A stretch of DNA of 64,000 nucleotides from Balanoglossus misakiensis (taxonomy: Eukaryota > Animalia > Hemichordata), in assembly GCA_040954595.2 (NCBI GenBank), contig CM082586.2:12398314-12462313 (forward strand), given 5' to 3'. A model generated the notes under the pieces. It was not told where the DNA came from and made no database searches. It saw only the letters and a list, made by a program, of their open reading frames with translations. The position numbers and the translations under genes are program-made. Shown piece after piece: positions 35,761 to 47,700 of this stretch (position 1 is the stretch's first letter; every line of letters starts with the position of its first letter).

Positions 35761-38700
35761 TTCAAGGGTCAAGAGTTAGAGTTCAAGGGTCTAAGGTCAA
35801 GGGTTAGAGTTAAAGAGTTGGAGATCGAGGGTCAAGGGTCAAGGGTAAGAGCTCAAGGGTCAAAGTTTGGAGTTCATGGGTCAAAGGTTCAATGGTTAGA
35901 GTCCAAGGTTCAAGGGGTCAAGGGTTAGAGTTCAAGAGTTGGAGATCGAGGGTCAAGGGTAAGAGCTCAAGGGTCAAGGGTTAAAGTTCATGGGTCAAAG
36001 GTTCAATGGTTAGAGTCCAACGTTCAAGGGGTCAAGGATCAAGGAATAGAGTTCAATGGTCAAAGGTCAAGGGTTAGAGTTCAAGAGTTGGAGATCGAGG
36101 GTCAAGGGGGTCAAGGGTATGAGCACAAGGATCAAGGGTTAGAGTTCAATGGTCAAGGGGTCAAGGGTCAAGGATTTGAGTTCAACGGTCAAGGGTTAGA
36201 GTTCACGAGCCAATGATTTGAGTTCAAGGGTCAAAAGTCAAGGGTACGAGTTCAAGAGTTGGAGATCGAGGGTCAATGGGGTCAAGGGTCAAGGGTAGGA
36301 GCACAAGGATCAAGGGTTAGAGTTCAAGGGGTCAAGGGTCAAGGATTTGAGTTCAACGGTCAAGGGTTAGAGTTCACGAGTCAAGGATTTGAGTTCAAGG
36401 GTCAAAGGTCAAGGGTTAGAGTTCAAGAGTTGGAGATCAAGGGTCAAAGGTCAAGGATTATAGTTGATGGGTCAACAGTTGGCGTTCAAGGGTTAGAGTT
36501 TAATGGTCAAGGGTTCTAGGGTCAAGGGTTTAAGGGTCAAGCAGTAAGGGTCAGTTGTCAAGTTTAGAGTTTAAGGGTCAAGAGTTTTGTTTCAAGAGTC
36601 AAGGGTTAGATTTCAAGGGTCAAAGGTCAAGGGTTAGAGATCAAATGTCAAGGGTAAGAGTTCAAGGGTCAAATGTTAGAGTTCAAGGGTTAGAGTTCAA
36701 GGGTCAAAGGTCAAGGGTTATAGATCAAGTGACGATGGTAAGAGTTCAAGGGTCAAATGTTAGAGTTCAAGGGTCTAGGGTTAGAGTTCAAGGGTCAAAG
36801 GTCAAGGGTTAGAGTTAAAGAGTTGGCGATCGAGGGTCAAGGGTTGGAGTTCATGGGTCAGAGGTTCAATGGTTAGAGTCCAAGGTTCAAGGGGTCAAGG
36901 ATTAGAGTTCAGGGGTCAAAGGTCAATGGTTAGAGTTCAAGAGTTGGAGATCGAGGGTCAAGGGTTAGAGTTCAATGGTCAAGGGGTCATGGGTCTAGAA
37001 TTTGAGTTCAAGGGTCAAAGGTCAAGGGTTAGAGTTCACGAGCCAAGGATTTGAGTTCAAGGGTTAGAGTTCACGAGTCAAGGGTTAGAGTCAAGGGTCT
37101 AAGGTCAAGGGTTAGAGTTCAAGAGTTGAAGATCAAGGGTCTAAGGTCAATGATTATAGTTGATGAGTCAACAGTTGACGTTCAAGGATTAGAGTTTAAG
37201 GGTCATGGGTTTAAGGGACAAGCATTAAGGGTCAGTTGTCAAGTTTAGGGTTTAAGGGTGAAGAGTTTTGTTTCAAGGGTCAAAGGTTAGATTTCAAAGG
37301 TCAAGGGTTAGAGATCAAATGTCAAGGGTAAGAGGTCAAGGGTAAGAGTTCAAGGATCAAGGGTAAGAGCTCATGTGTCAAGGGTTGGAGTTCATGGGTC
37401 CAAGGTTCAAGTGGTCAAGGATCAAGGGTTAGAGTTCAATGGTAAAGGATTAGAGGTCAAGGGTTAGAGTTTAAGAGTTGGAGATCGAGGGTCAAGGGGT
37501 CAAGGGTCAAAGGTCAAGGATTATAGTTGATGGGTCAACAGTTTGCGTTCAAGGATTAGAGTTTAATGGTCAAGGGTTCTAGGGTCATGGGTTTAAGGGT
37601 CAAGCATTAAGGGTCAGTTGTCAAGTTTAGGATTTAAGGGTCAAGAGTTTTGTTTCAAGGGTCAAGGGTTAGATTTCAAGGGTCAAAGGTCAATGGTTAG
37701 AGATCCAATGTCAAGGGTAAGAGTTCAAGGGTCAAAGGTCAAGGGTTAGAGTTAAAGAGATGGAGATCGAGGGTCAGGGGTTGGAGTTCATGGGTCGGAG
37801 GTTCAATGGTTAGAGTCCAAGGTTCAAGGGGTCAAGGATTAGAGTTCAGGGGTCAAAGGTCAATGGTTAGAGTTCAAGAGTTGGAGATCGAGGGTCAAGG
37901 GTTAGAGTTCAATGGTCAAGGGGTCATGGGTCTAGAATTTGAGTTCAAGGGTCAAAGGTCAAGGGTTAGAGTTCACGAGCCAAGGATTTGAGTTCAAGGG
38001 TTAGAGTTCACGAGTCAAGGGTTAGAGTCAAGGGTCTAAGGTCAAGGGTTAGAGTTCAAGAGTTGAAGATCAAGGGTCTAAGGTCAATGATTATAGTTGA
38101 TGAGTCAACAGTTGACGTTCAAGGATTAGAGTTTAAGGGTCATGGGTTTAAGGGACAAGCATTAAGGGTCAGTTGTCAAGTTTAGGGTTTAAGGGTGAAG
38201 AGTTTTGTTTCAAGGGTCAAAGGTTAGATTTCAAAGGTCAAGGGTTAGAGATCAAATGTCAAGGGTAAGAGGTCAAGGGTAAGAGTTCAAGGATCAAGGG
38301 TAAGAGCTCATGTGTCAAGGGTTGGAGTTCATGGGTCCAAGGTTCAAGTGGTCAAGGATCAAGGGTTAGAGTTCAATGGTAAAGGATTAGAGGTCAAGGG
38401 TTAGAGTTTAAGAGTTGGAGATCGAGGGTCAAGGGGTCAAGGGTCAAAGGTCAAGGATTATAGTTGATGGGTCAACAGTTTGCGTTCAAGGATTAGAGTT
38501 TAATGGTCAAGGGTTCTAGGGTCATGGGTTTAAGGGTCAAGCATTAAGGGTCAGTTGTCAAGTTTAGGATTTAAGGGTCAAGAGTTTTGTTTCAAGGGTC
38601 AAGGGTTAGATTTCAAGGGTCAAAGGTCAATGGTTAGAGATCCAATGTCAAGGGTAAGAGTTCAAGGGTCAAAGGTCAAGGGTTAGAGTTAAAGAGATGG

Positions 38701-41700
38701 AGATCGAGGGTCAGGGGTTGGAGTTCATGGGTCGGAGGTTCAATGGTTAGAGTCCATGGTTCAAGGGGTCAAGGATTAGAGTTCACGGGTCAAAGGTCAA
38801 GGGTTAGAGTTCAAGAGTTGGAGATCGAGGCTCAAGGGTTTGAGTTCAATGGTCAAGGGGTCATGGGTCAAGAATTTGAGTTCAAGGGTCAAGGGTTAGA
38901 GTTCACGAGCCAAGGATTTGAGTTCAAGGGTTAGAGTTCACGAGTCAAGGGTTAGAGTTCAAGGGTCTAAGGTCAATGGTTAGAGTTCAAGAGTTGGAGA
39001 TCAAGGGTCAAAGGTCTATGATTATAGTTGATGGGTCAACAGTTGACGTTCAAGGGTTAGAGTTTAAGGGTCAAGGGTTTAAGGGACAAGCATTAAGGGT
39101 CAGTTGTCAAGTTTAGGGTTTAAGGGTCAAGAGTTTTGTTTCAAGGGTCAAAGGTTAGATTTCAAAGGTCAAGGGCTAGAGATCAAATGTCAAGGGTAAG
39201 AGGTCAAGGGTAAGAGGTCAAGGGTAAGAGCTCATGGGTCAAGGGTTGGAGTTCATGGGTCCAAGGTTCTAGTGGTCAAGGATCGAGGGTTAGAGTTCAA
39301 TGGTAAAGGATTAGAGGTCAAGGGTTAGAGTTTAAGAGTTGTAGATCGAGGGTCAAGGGTCAAAGGTCAAGGATTATAGTTGATGGGTCAACATTTGGCG
39401 TTCAAGGGTTAGAGTTTAATGGTCAAGGGTTCTAGGGTCATGGGTTTAAGGGTCAAGCATTAAGGGTCAGTTGTCAAGTTTAGGGTGTAAGGGTCAAGAG
39501 TTTTGTTTCAAGGGTCAAGGGTTAGATTTCAAGGGTCAAAGGTCAATGGTTAGAGATCCAATGTCAAGGGTAAGAGTTCAAGGGTCATATATTAGAGTTC
39601 AAGGGTTGGAGTTCATGGGTCAGAGGTTCAATGGTTAGAGTCCAAGGTTCCAGGGGTGAAGGATTAGAGTTCAAGGGTCAATGGTTAGAGTTCAAGAGTT
39701 GGAGATCGAGGGTCAAGGGGGTCAAGGGTTAGTCCAAGGTTCAAGGGGTCAAGGATCAAGGGTTATAGTTCAATGGTCAAGGGGTCATGGGTCAAGAATT
39801 TGACTTCAAGGGTCAAAGGTCAAGGGTTAGAGATCAAATGTCAAGGGTAAGAGTTCAAGGGTCAAATGTTAGAGTTCAAGGGTTAGAGTTCAAGGGTCAA
39901 AGGTCAAGGGTTATAGATCAAGCGACGATGGTAAGAGTTCAAGGGTCAAATGTTAGAGTTCAAGGGTCTAGGGTTACAGTTCAAGGGTCAAAGGTCAAGG
40001 GTTAGAGTTAAAGAGTTGGCGATCGAGGGTCAAGGGTTGGAGTTCATGAGCCAATGATTTGAGTTCAAGGGTCAAAAGTCAAGGGTACGAGTTCAAGAGT
40101 TGGAGATCGAGGGTCAAGGGGGTCAAGGGTCAAGGGTAGGAGCACAAGGATCAAGGGTTAGAGTTCAAGGGGTCAAGGGTCAAGGATTTGAGTTCAACGG
40201 TCAAGGGTTAGAGTTCACGAGTCAAGGATTTGAGTTAAAGGGTTAGAGTTCAAGAGTTGGAGATCAAGGGTCAAAGGTCAAGGATTATAGTTGATGGGTC
40301 AACAGTTGGCGTTCAAGGGTTAGAGTTTAATGGTCAAGGGTTTAAGGGTCAAGCATTAAGGGTCAGTTGTTAAGTTTAGGGTTTAAGGGTCAAGAGTTTA
40401 ATTTCAAGGGTCAAGGGTTAGATTTCAAGGGTCAAAGGTCAAGGGTTAGAGATCAAATGTCAAGGGTAAGAGTTCAAGGGTCAAATGTTAGAATTCAAGG
40501 GTTAGAGTTTAAGGGTCAAAGGTCAAGGGTTAGAGATCAAGAGTCAAGGGTAAGAGTTCAAGGGTCAAATGTTAGAGTTCAAGGGTCAAGGGTTAGAGTT
40601 CAATGGTCAAAGGTCAAGGGTTAGAGTTAAAGAGTTGGAGATCAAGGGGTCAAGGGTCAAGGGTAAGAGCTCAAGGGTTGAAGTTCATGGGTCAGAGGTT
40701 CATTGATTAGAGTCCAAGGTTCAAGGGGTCAAGGTTTAGAGTTCAAGGGTCAAGGGTTAGAGTTCAAGAGTTGGAGATCGAGGGTCAAGGGTTATAGTTC
40801 AATAGTCAAGGGGTCATGGGTCAAGAATTTGAGTTCAAGGGTCAAGGGTTAGAGTTCACGAGCCAAGGATTTGAGTTCAAGGGTTAGAGTTCACGAGTCA
40901 AGGGTTAGAGTTCAAGGGTCTAAAGTCAATGGTAAGAGTTCAAGAGTTGGAGATCAAGGGTCAAAGGTCAATGATTATAGTTGATGGGTCAACAGTTGAC
41001 GTTCAAGGGTTAGAGTTTAAGGGTCAAGGGTTTAAGGGACAAGCATAAAGGGTCAGTTGTCAAGTTTAGGGTTTAAGGGTCAAGAGTTTTGTTTCAAGGG
41101 TCAAAGGTTAGATTTCAAAGGTCAAGGGCTAGAGATCAAATGTCAAGGGTAAGAGGTCAAGGGTAAGAGCTCATGGGTCAAGGGTTGGAGTTCATGGGTC
41201 CAAGGTTCAAGTGGTCAAGGATCGAGGGTTAGAGTTCAATGGTAAAGGATTAGAGGTCAAGGGTTAGAGTTTAAGGGTTAGGGTTAGGGTTAGGGTCAAA
41301 GGTCAAGGGTCAAAGGTCAAGGATTATAGTTGATGGGTCAACAGTTGGCGTTCAAGGGTTAGAGTTTAATGGTCAAGGGTTCTAGGGTCATGGGTTTAAG
41401 GGTCAAGCATTAAGGGTCAGTTGTCAAGTTTAGGGTGTAAGGGTCAAGAGTTTTGTTTCAAGGGTCAAGGGTTAGATTTCAAGGGTCAAAGGTCAATGGT
41501 TAGAGATCCAATGTCAAGGGTAAGAGTTCAAGGGTCATATATTAGAGTTCAAGGGTTGGAGTTCATGGGTCAGAGGTTCAATGGTTAGAGTCCAAGGTTC
41601 CAGGGGTCAAGGATTAGAGTTCAAGGGTCAAAGGTTAGAGTTCAAGAGTTGGAGATCGAGGGTCAAGGGGGTCAAGGGTTAGAGTCCTAGGTTCAAGGGG

Positions 41701-43947
41701 TCAAGGATCAAGGGTTATAGTTCAATGGTCAAGGGGTCATGGGTCAAGAATTTGACTTCAAGGGTCAAAGGTCAAGGGTTAGAGATCAAATGTCAAGGGT
41801 AAGAGTTCAAGGGTCAAATGTTAGAGTTCAAGGGTTAGAGTTCAAGGGTCAAAGGTCAAGGGTTATAGATCAAGCGACGATGGTAAGAGTTCAAGGGTCA
41901 AATGTTAGAGTTCAAGGGTCTAGGGTTAGAGTTCAAGGGTCAAAGGTCAAGGGTTAGAGTTAAAGAGTTGGCGATCGAGGGTCAAGGGTTGGAGTTCATG
42001 AGCCAATGATTTGAGTTCAAGGGTCAAAAGTCAAGGGTACGAGTTCAAAAGTTGGAGATCGAGGGTCAAGGGGGTCAAGGGTCAAGGGTAGGAGCACAAG
42101 GATCAAGGGTTAGAGTTCAAGGGGTCAAGGGTCAAGGATTTGAGTTCAACGGTCAAGGGTTAGAGTTCACGAGTCAAGGATTTGAGTTAAAGGGTTAGAG
42201 TTCAAGAGTTGGAGATCAAGGGTCAAAGGTCAAGGATTATAGTTGATGGGTCAACAGTTGGCGTTCAAGGGTTAGAGTTTAATGGTCAAGGGTTTAAGGG
42301 TCAAGCATTAAGGGTCAGTTGTTAAGTTTAGGGTTTAAGGGTCAAGAGTTTAATTTCAAGGGTCAAGGGTTAGATTTCAAGGGTCAAAGGTCAAGGGTTA
42401 GAGATCAAATGTCAAGGGTAAGAGTTCAAGGGTCAACTGTTAGAATTCAAGGGTTAGAGTTTAAGGGTCAAAGGTCAAGGGTTAGAGATCAAGAGTCAAG
42501 GGTGAGAGTTCAAGGGTCAAATGTTAGAGTTCAAGGGTCAAGGGTTAGAGTTCAATGGTCAAAGGTCAAGGGTTAGAGTTAAAGAGTTGGAGATCAAGGG
42601 GTCAAGGGTCAAGGGTAAGAGCTCAAGGGTTGAAGTTCATGGGTCAGAGGTTCATTGGTTAGAGTCCAAGGTTCAAGGGGTCAAGGTTTAGAGTTCAAGG
42701 GTCAAAGGTCAAGGGTTAGAGTTCAAGAGTTGGAGATCGAGGGTCAAGGGTTAGAGTCCAAGGTTCAAGGGGTCAAGGATCAAGGGTTAGAGTTCAATGG
42801 TCAAGGGGTCATGGGTCAAGAATTTGAGTTAAAGGGTCAAAGGTCAAGGGTTAGAGTTCACGAGCCAAGGATTTGAGTTCAAGGGTTAGAGTTCACGAGT
42901 CAAGGTTTAAATGTCAAGGGTAAGAGGTCAAGGGTAAGAGTTCAAGGATCAAGGGTAAGAGCTCATGTGTCAAGGGTTGGAGTTCATGGGTCCAAGGTTC
43001 AAGTGGTCAAGGATCAAGGGTTAGAGTTCAATGGTAAAGGATTAGAGGTCAAGGGTTAGAGTTTAAGAGTTGGAGATCGAGGGTCAAGGGGTCAAGGGTC
43101 AAAGGTCAAGGATTATAGTTGATGGGTCAACAGTTTGCGTTCAAGGATTAGAGTTTAATGGTCAAGGGTTCTAGGGTCATGGGTTTAAGGGTCAAGCATT
43201 AAGGGTCAGTTGTCAAGTTTAGGGTTTAAGGGTCAAGAGTTTTGTTTCAAGGGTCAAGGGTTAGATTTCAAGGGTCAAAGGTCAATGGTTAGAGATCCAA
43301 TGTCAAGGGTAAGAGTTCAAGGGTCAAATGTTAGAGTTCAAGGGTCAAAGGTCAAGGGTTAGAGTTAAAGAGATGGAGATCGAGGGTCAAGGGTCAGGGG
43401 TTGGAGTTCATGGGTCGGAGGTTCAATGGTTAGAGTCCAAGGTTCAAGGGGTCAAGGATTAGAGTTCACGGGTCAAAGGTCAAGGGTTAGAGTTCAAGAG
43501 TTGGAGATCGAGGGTCAAAGGTCAAGGATTATAGTTGATGGGTCAACAGTTGCCATTCAAGTGTTAGAGTTTAAGGGTCAATGGTTTAAGGGTCAAGCAT
43601 TAAGGGTCAGTTGTCGAGTTTAGGGTTTAAGGGTCAACAGTTTTTTTTTCAAGGGTCAAAGGTTAGATTTCAAAGGTCAAGGGTTAGAGATCAAATGTCA
43701 AGGGTAAGAGTTCAAGGGTCAAGGGTAAGAGTTCAAGGGTCAAGGGTAAGAGCTCATGGATCAAAGGTTCAATGGTTAGAGTCCAAGGTTCAAGTGGTCA
43801 AGGGGTCAAAGGTCAAGGGTTAGAGTTCAAAGGTCAAGGGTTAGAGTTTACGAGTTGGAGATCGAGGGTCAAGGGGTTCAAGGGTTATAGTTCAGACAGC
43901 TGGTCAAAGGTCAAAGGTAAAGGGTTAGAGATCGAGAGTCAAGGGTC
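35756..43947 (+). repeat. SatA: telomere-like 7-bp-periodic satellite (G-rich on +) with 937-bp and ~1952-bp higher-order repeats
   Basis: Built from CAAGGGT, TAGAGTT, CAAAGGT and CAAGAGT heptamers. Identical or near-identical ORFs recur at 36869/37806/38743 and 37051/37988 (937 bp), and at 39787/41739 and 40367/42319 (1952 bp). Confidence 0.95.
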
Positions 43948-44059
43948 TAATATTAAAAACATGCGATATGGAAATAACATCGCTTTTGTATTATATAACC
44001 CTTGCCTGGGATAAACACCTGATAGAGCATTATGTTTCCTCTAATTCATAATGTACATA

Positions 44060-44420
44060 TACAATTCCAGATCAGCGCTGCTTGCAGCTTTAACTATTCT
44101 CCAAAATTCGGCCAGATTTCGAAAACCGCATAACCTATGGGGCTGAAACTTGGTAGGGTGATAGGGAACAATGATTGCAGTGGCTCGTAAATATTTAATT
44201 AGTCACATGATAGGGCTAGAGGTCTGGTTTTGGTTGGAGGCCCACTATGGGGTCAAAGTTTTATGCCCCAATTTTGGGTGACCTTTGACTTACTTTCCCA
44301 TATCTCAGCATCCAAAGCAGTTAGATCCCTGGCGTTTGGGGGGATTGAGCACATAATGGAGTCTTACACGAAACTTTGTGACCTTAGGGAAGCCTTTCAC
44401 TTCGATGTACAATTTCTTCT
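44060..44420. repeat. Probable interspersed-repeat fragment in the SatA-SatB spacer
   Basis: GCTGCTTGCAGCT, GGGCTGAAACTTGG, GGGGTCAAAG and GTGACCTTTGAC motifs resemble the repeat at 2786-3445. Confidence 0.4.
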
Positions 44421-44502
44421 TTCTTCAGTTCATTAAAATTGTTGCCCATTGAGCCGATTCACCTATTGTGTACGTGTGTTCATTTAATAAGAGGAATAGC
44501 AC

Positions 44503-44790
44503 TCAAATCAAATCAAATTGAAATAAATGAAATTAAATTAAATTAAATCGAAATCATATTAATGTGATAATATTAAATTAGAGTAAAATAAATTATATTA
44601 AATTGAATCAAATAAAAATCAAATTAAATCAAAACAAATTAAATAAAATAAATTATATTAAATAATCAAATTAAATTAAATCCATCTGTCATTCATCCAT
44701 CATTTATACATCCATCTGTTACCATCCATCTTTGAACCATCCAAATATTCATCTATCACCCATCCCATCTATCATCCATATATCATTCAT
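44503..44790 (+). repeat. Low-complexity (AAATT/AAATC)n tract followed by (CCAT)n-like tract
   Basis: Read directly. Confidence 0.85.
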
Positions 44791-47700
44791 CCACACTCAT
44801 CCCGAAACCTAATCCTTACTCGGACCCCATGACCCAATCCCCTTCGTACCTCAAAACCTCACCCCAAAGTCAATCCCAGAATTGTACTCTCAAAAATACC
44901 TTATTAGTCAAACAACAATCACCGATCCAACTCCAAACTTACACTTGTCAGCTATCACCTACCATCCCATCACTACTCCCACCCAACTTCACCTCAGCCT
45001 ATTCCCACTCGCTCCCCCATCATCACCCTGGCCTCCTTCACCAAAACCACACCAGACCACATAATGCCTCCATCTTTTACTCCACACCTTACACCCACCA
45101 CAAATCCTAGCCATCACCCAACCTATCATAGCCCAAACAACCCAAACCCAATCAAAATTGACCCTAGCCCCACTTATCATCATCCAAGCCATCAATGCTC
45201 AACGACACCCAAATAACACTAACTTAAAGATTGGCATAAATCCAAACTCATACCACTGCCACCCCCCATATACAAAACCAAGACTCTATTACGAACCAAT
45301 ACCTACCTTTTATAGCAAATACACGACCAAAGATTTGATCCCATCTATCATCCATATCCGAAAACTAATCCTTACTGGGGCCCCATCCTAATCCCATAAC
45401 CCAATCCACTTCGTACCTCAAACATCACCCCGAAGTCAATACAAGAATTATACTATCAAAAAAATTCATATTATTCAAACACCAATCACCGATCAAACTC
45501 TAAAGTTAAACTAACTCTCACGACCTTGTCAGCTACCACCCACCACCCCGTCACCACTCCCAACCGACTTTACCCAAACCTATTCCCACTCGCACTCCCA
45601 TCACAACCCTGGCCTCCTTCCCCCAAACCGCACCATCTCTTACACCACACCATACACCAACCACAAATTTAAATCCTGGCAGTCACCCAACCTATTATGC
45701 CCAAACAATCCAAATCAAATCAAAATTGACCCTAGCCCAAGCCTACCATCAATACTCGACGGCCAACCAAATAACACTTAACTTAAAGATTGGCATCCAA
45801 ATCCAAACTCATACCACTGCCACTCCAACAATGCAACATCAGGACTCTTTTTTACGAACCAAAACCTAACATTTGTAGAAAATAGGCGACCAAAGATTTA
45901 ATCCCTCCAAATATTCATCTATCACCCATCCCATCTATCAGCCATATATTATTCATCCACACTCATCCCGAAACCTAATACTTACTGGAACCCCACCTTT
46001 AACCCATGACCCAATCCCCTTTGTACGTCGAACCTCATCCGAAGTCAATCCCAGTATTGTACTCTCAAAAAATACCTTATTACTCAAACACCAATCATCG
46101 ATCAAACTCTAAACTTCTATTACTCTCACGACCTTGTCAGCTATCACCCGCCACCGCAATACCACTCCCACCCAACTTTACCCGAACATATTCCCACTCG
46201 TATTCACCACCCTGGCCTCCTTCACAAAAACCTACCCAGACCACATAAAGCCTCCATCTCTTACACCTCACCTTATACCCACCACAAATCCTAGCTATCA
46301 CCCAACCTATCATAGCCCAAACAATCCAAACCCAATCAAAATTGACCCTAGCCGCACTTATCAAGCCATCAATGCTCAACGGCAACCCAAATAACGCTTA
46401 ACTTAAAGATTGGCATAAATCCAAACTCATACCACTGCCACCCCAAATATACAACACAAAGACTCTATCACGAACCAATACCTACCATTTATAGCAAATA
46501 CACGACCAAAGATTTGATCCCATCTATCATCCATATATCATCCTTCCACACTCATCCCGAAACCTAATCCTTACTGGAACCCCAACCTTAAACCCATGAC
46601 CCAATCCCCTTCGTACCTTAAACCTCACCCCGAAATCAATTCCAGAATTGTAATTTAAAAAAATACCTTATTACTCAAACACAAATCACCGATCCAATTA
46701 AATTAAACTAACTCTCACGACCTTGTCAGCTATCACCAACCAATCCAAACCAACTTTACCTGATCGTATTCCCACTGCCCCCCTCCCCCTCCCCCCAATC
46801 ACCACCCTGGCCTCCTTCACCAAAACCGCACCAGACCCCACAATGCCTCTTTGTCTTACACCACACCTTACACCCGCCACAAATTTAAATCCTGTCAGTC
46901 AACCAACCTATCAAAACCCAAACAATCCAAACAAATCAAAATTGACCTAGCCCACCTATCATCACCCAAAGCCTACCATCAATACTCGACGGCCAAATAA
47001 ATAACACTTAACTTAAAGATTGACATCCAATTCCAAACTCTACCACTGCCTGATGTTGTATTGTTGGAACAATACAACATCAGGACTCTATTACGAACCA
47101 AAATCTTCCATGTGTAGAAAATAGCCGCCCAAAGATTTGATTCCTTCATATATTGAACTATCACCCATACCATATAACATTCAAACACAATCATATAACA
47201 TTCAAATACACTCATCCCGAAACCTAATCCTTAATGGAACCCCACTTTAACCCATGCCCCAAGTCAATCCCAGTATTTTACTCTCAAAAAATACCTTATT
47301 ACTCAAACACCAATCATCTAAACTTATATTACTCTCATGACCTTGTCAGCTATCCCTAACCCTAACCCCAACCCACCACCCCAATACCACTCACATCCAA
47401 CTTTACCCGAACATACTCCTTCTCGCACCCCCATCACAACCCTGGCCTCCTTCACCAAAACCGCACCAGACCCCCATAATGCCTCCATCTCTTACGTGAC
47501 CACACCTTAATCCCACCACAAATCCTAGCCATCACCCAACCTATCATAGCTAAAACAAACTAAACTCTATCATTCTTGCCCCACTTATCATCAACCAAGC
47601 CATCAATGCTCAACGGTGGTAACCCAAATAACACTTAACTTAAAGATTTGCATAACCAAACTCATACCACTGCCACCCTAAATATACAACACCAAGACTC

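Noticed and set aside
35710-44014. Many ORFs with RVRVQGS / GQGLEFK repeats
   Set aside because: They are translations of the 7-bp satellite: short, present in several frames and without gene structure.
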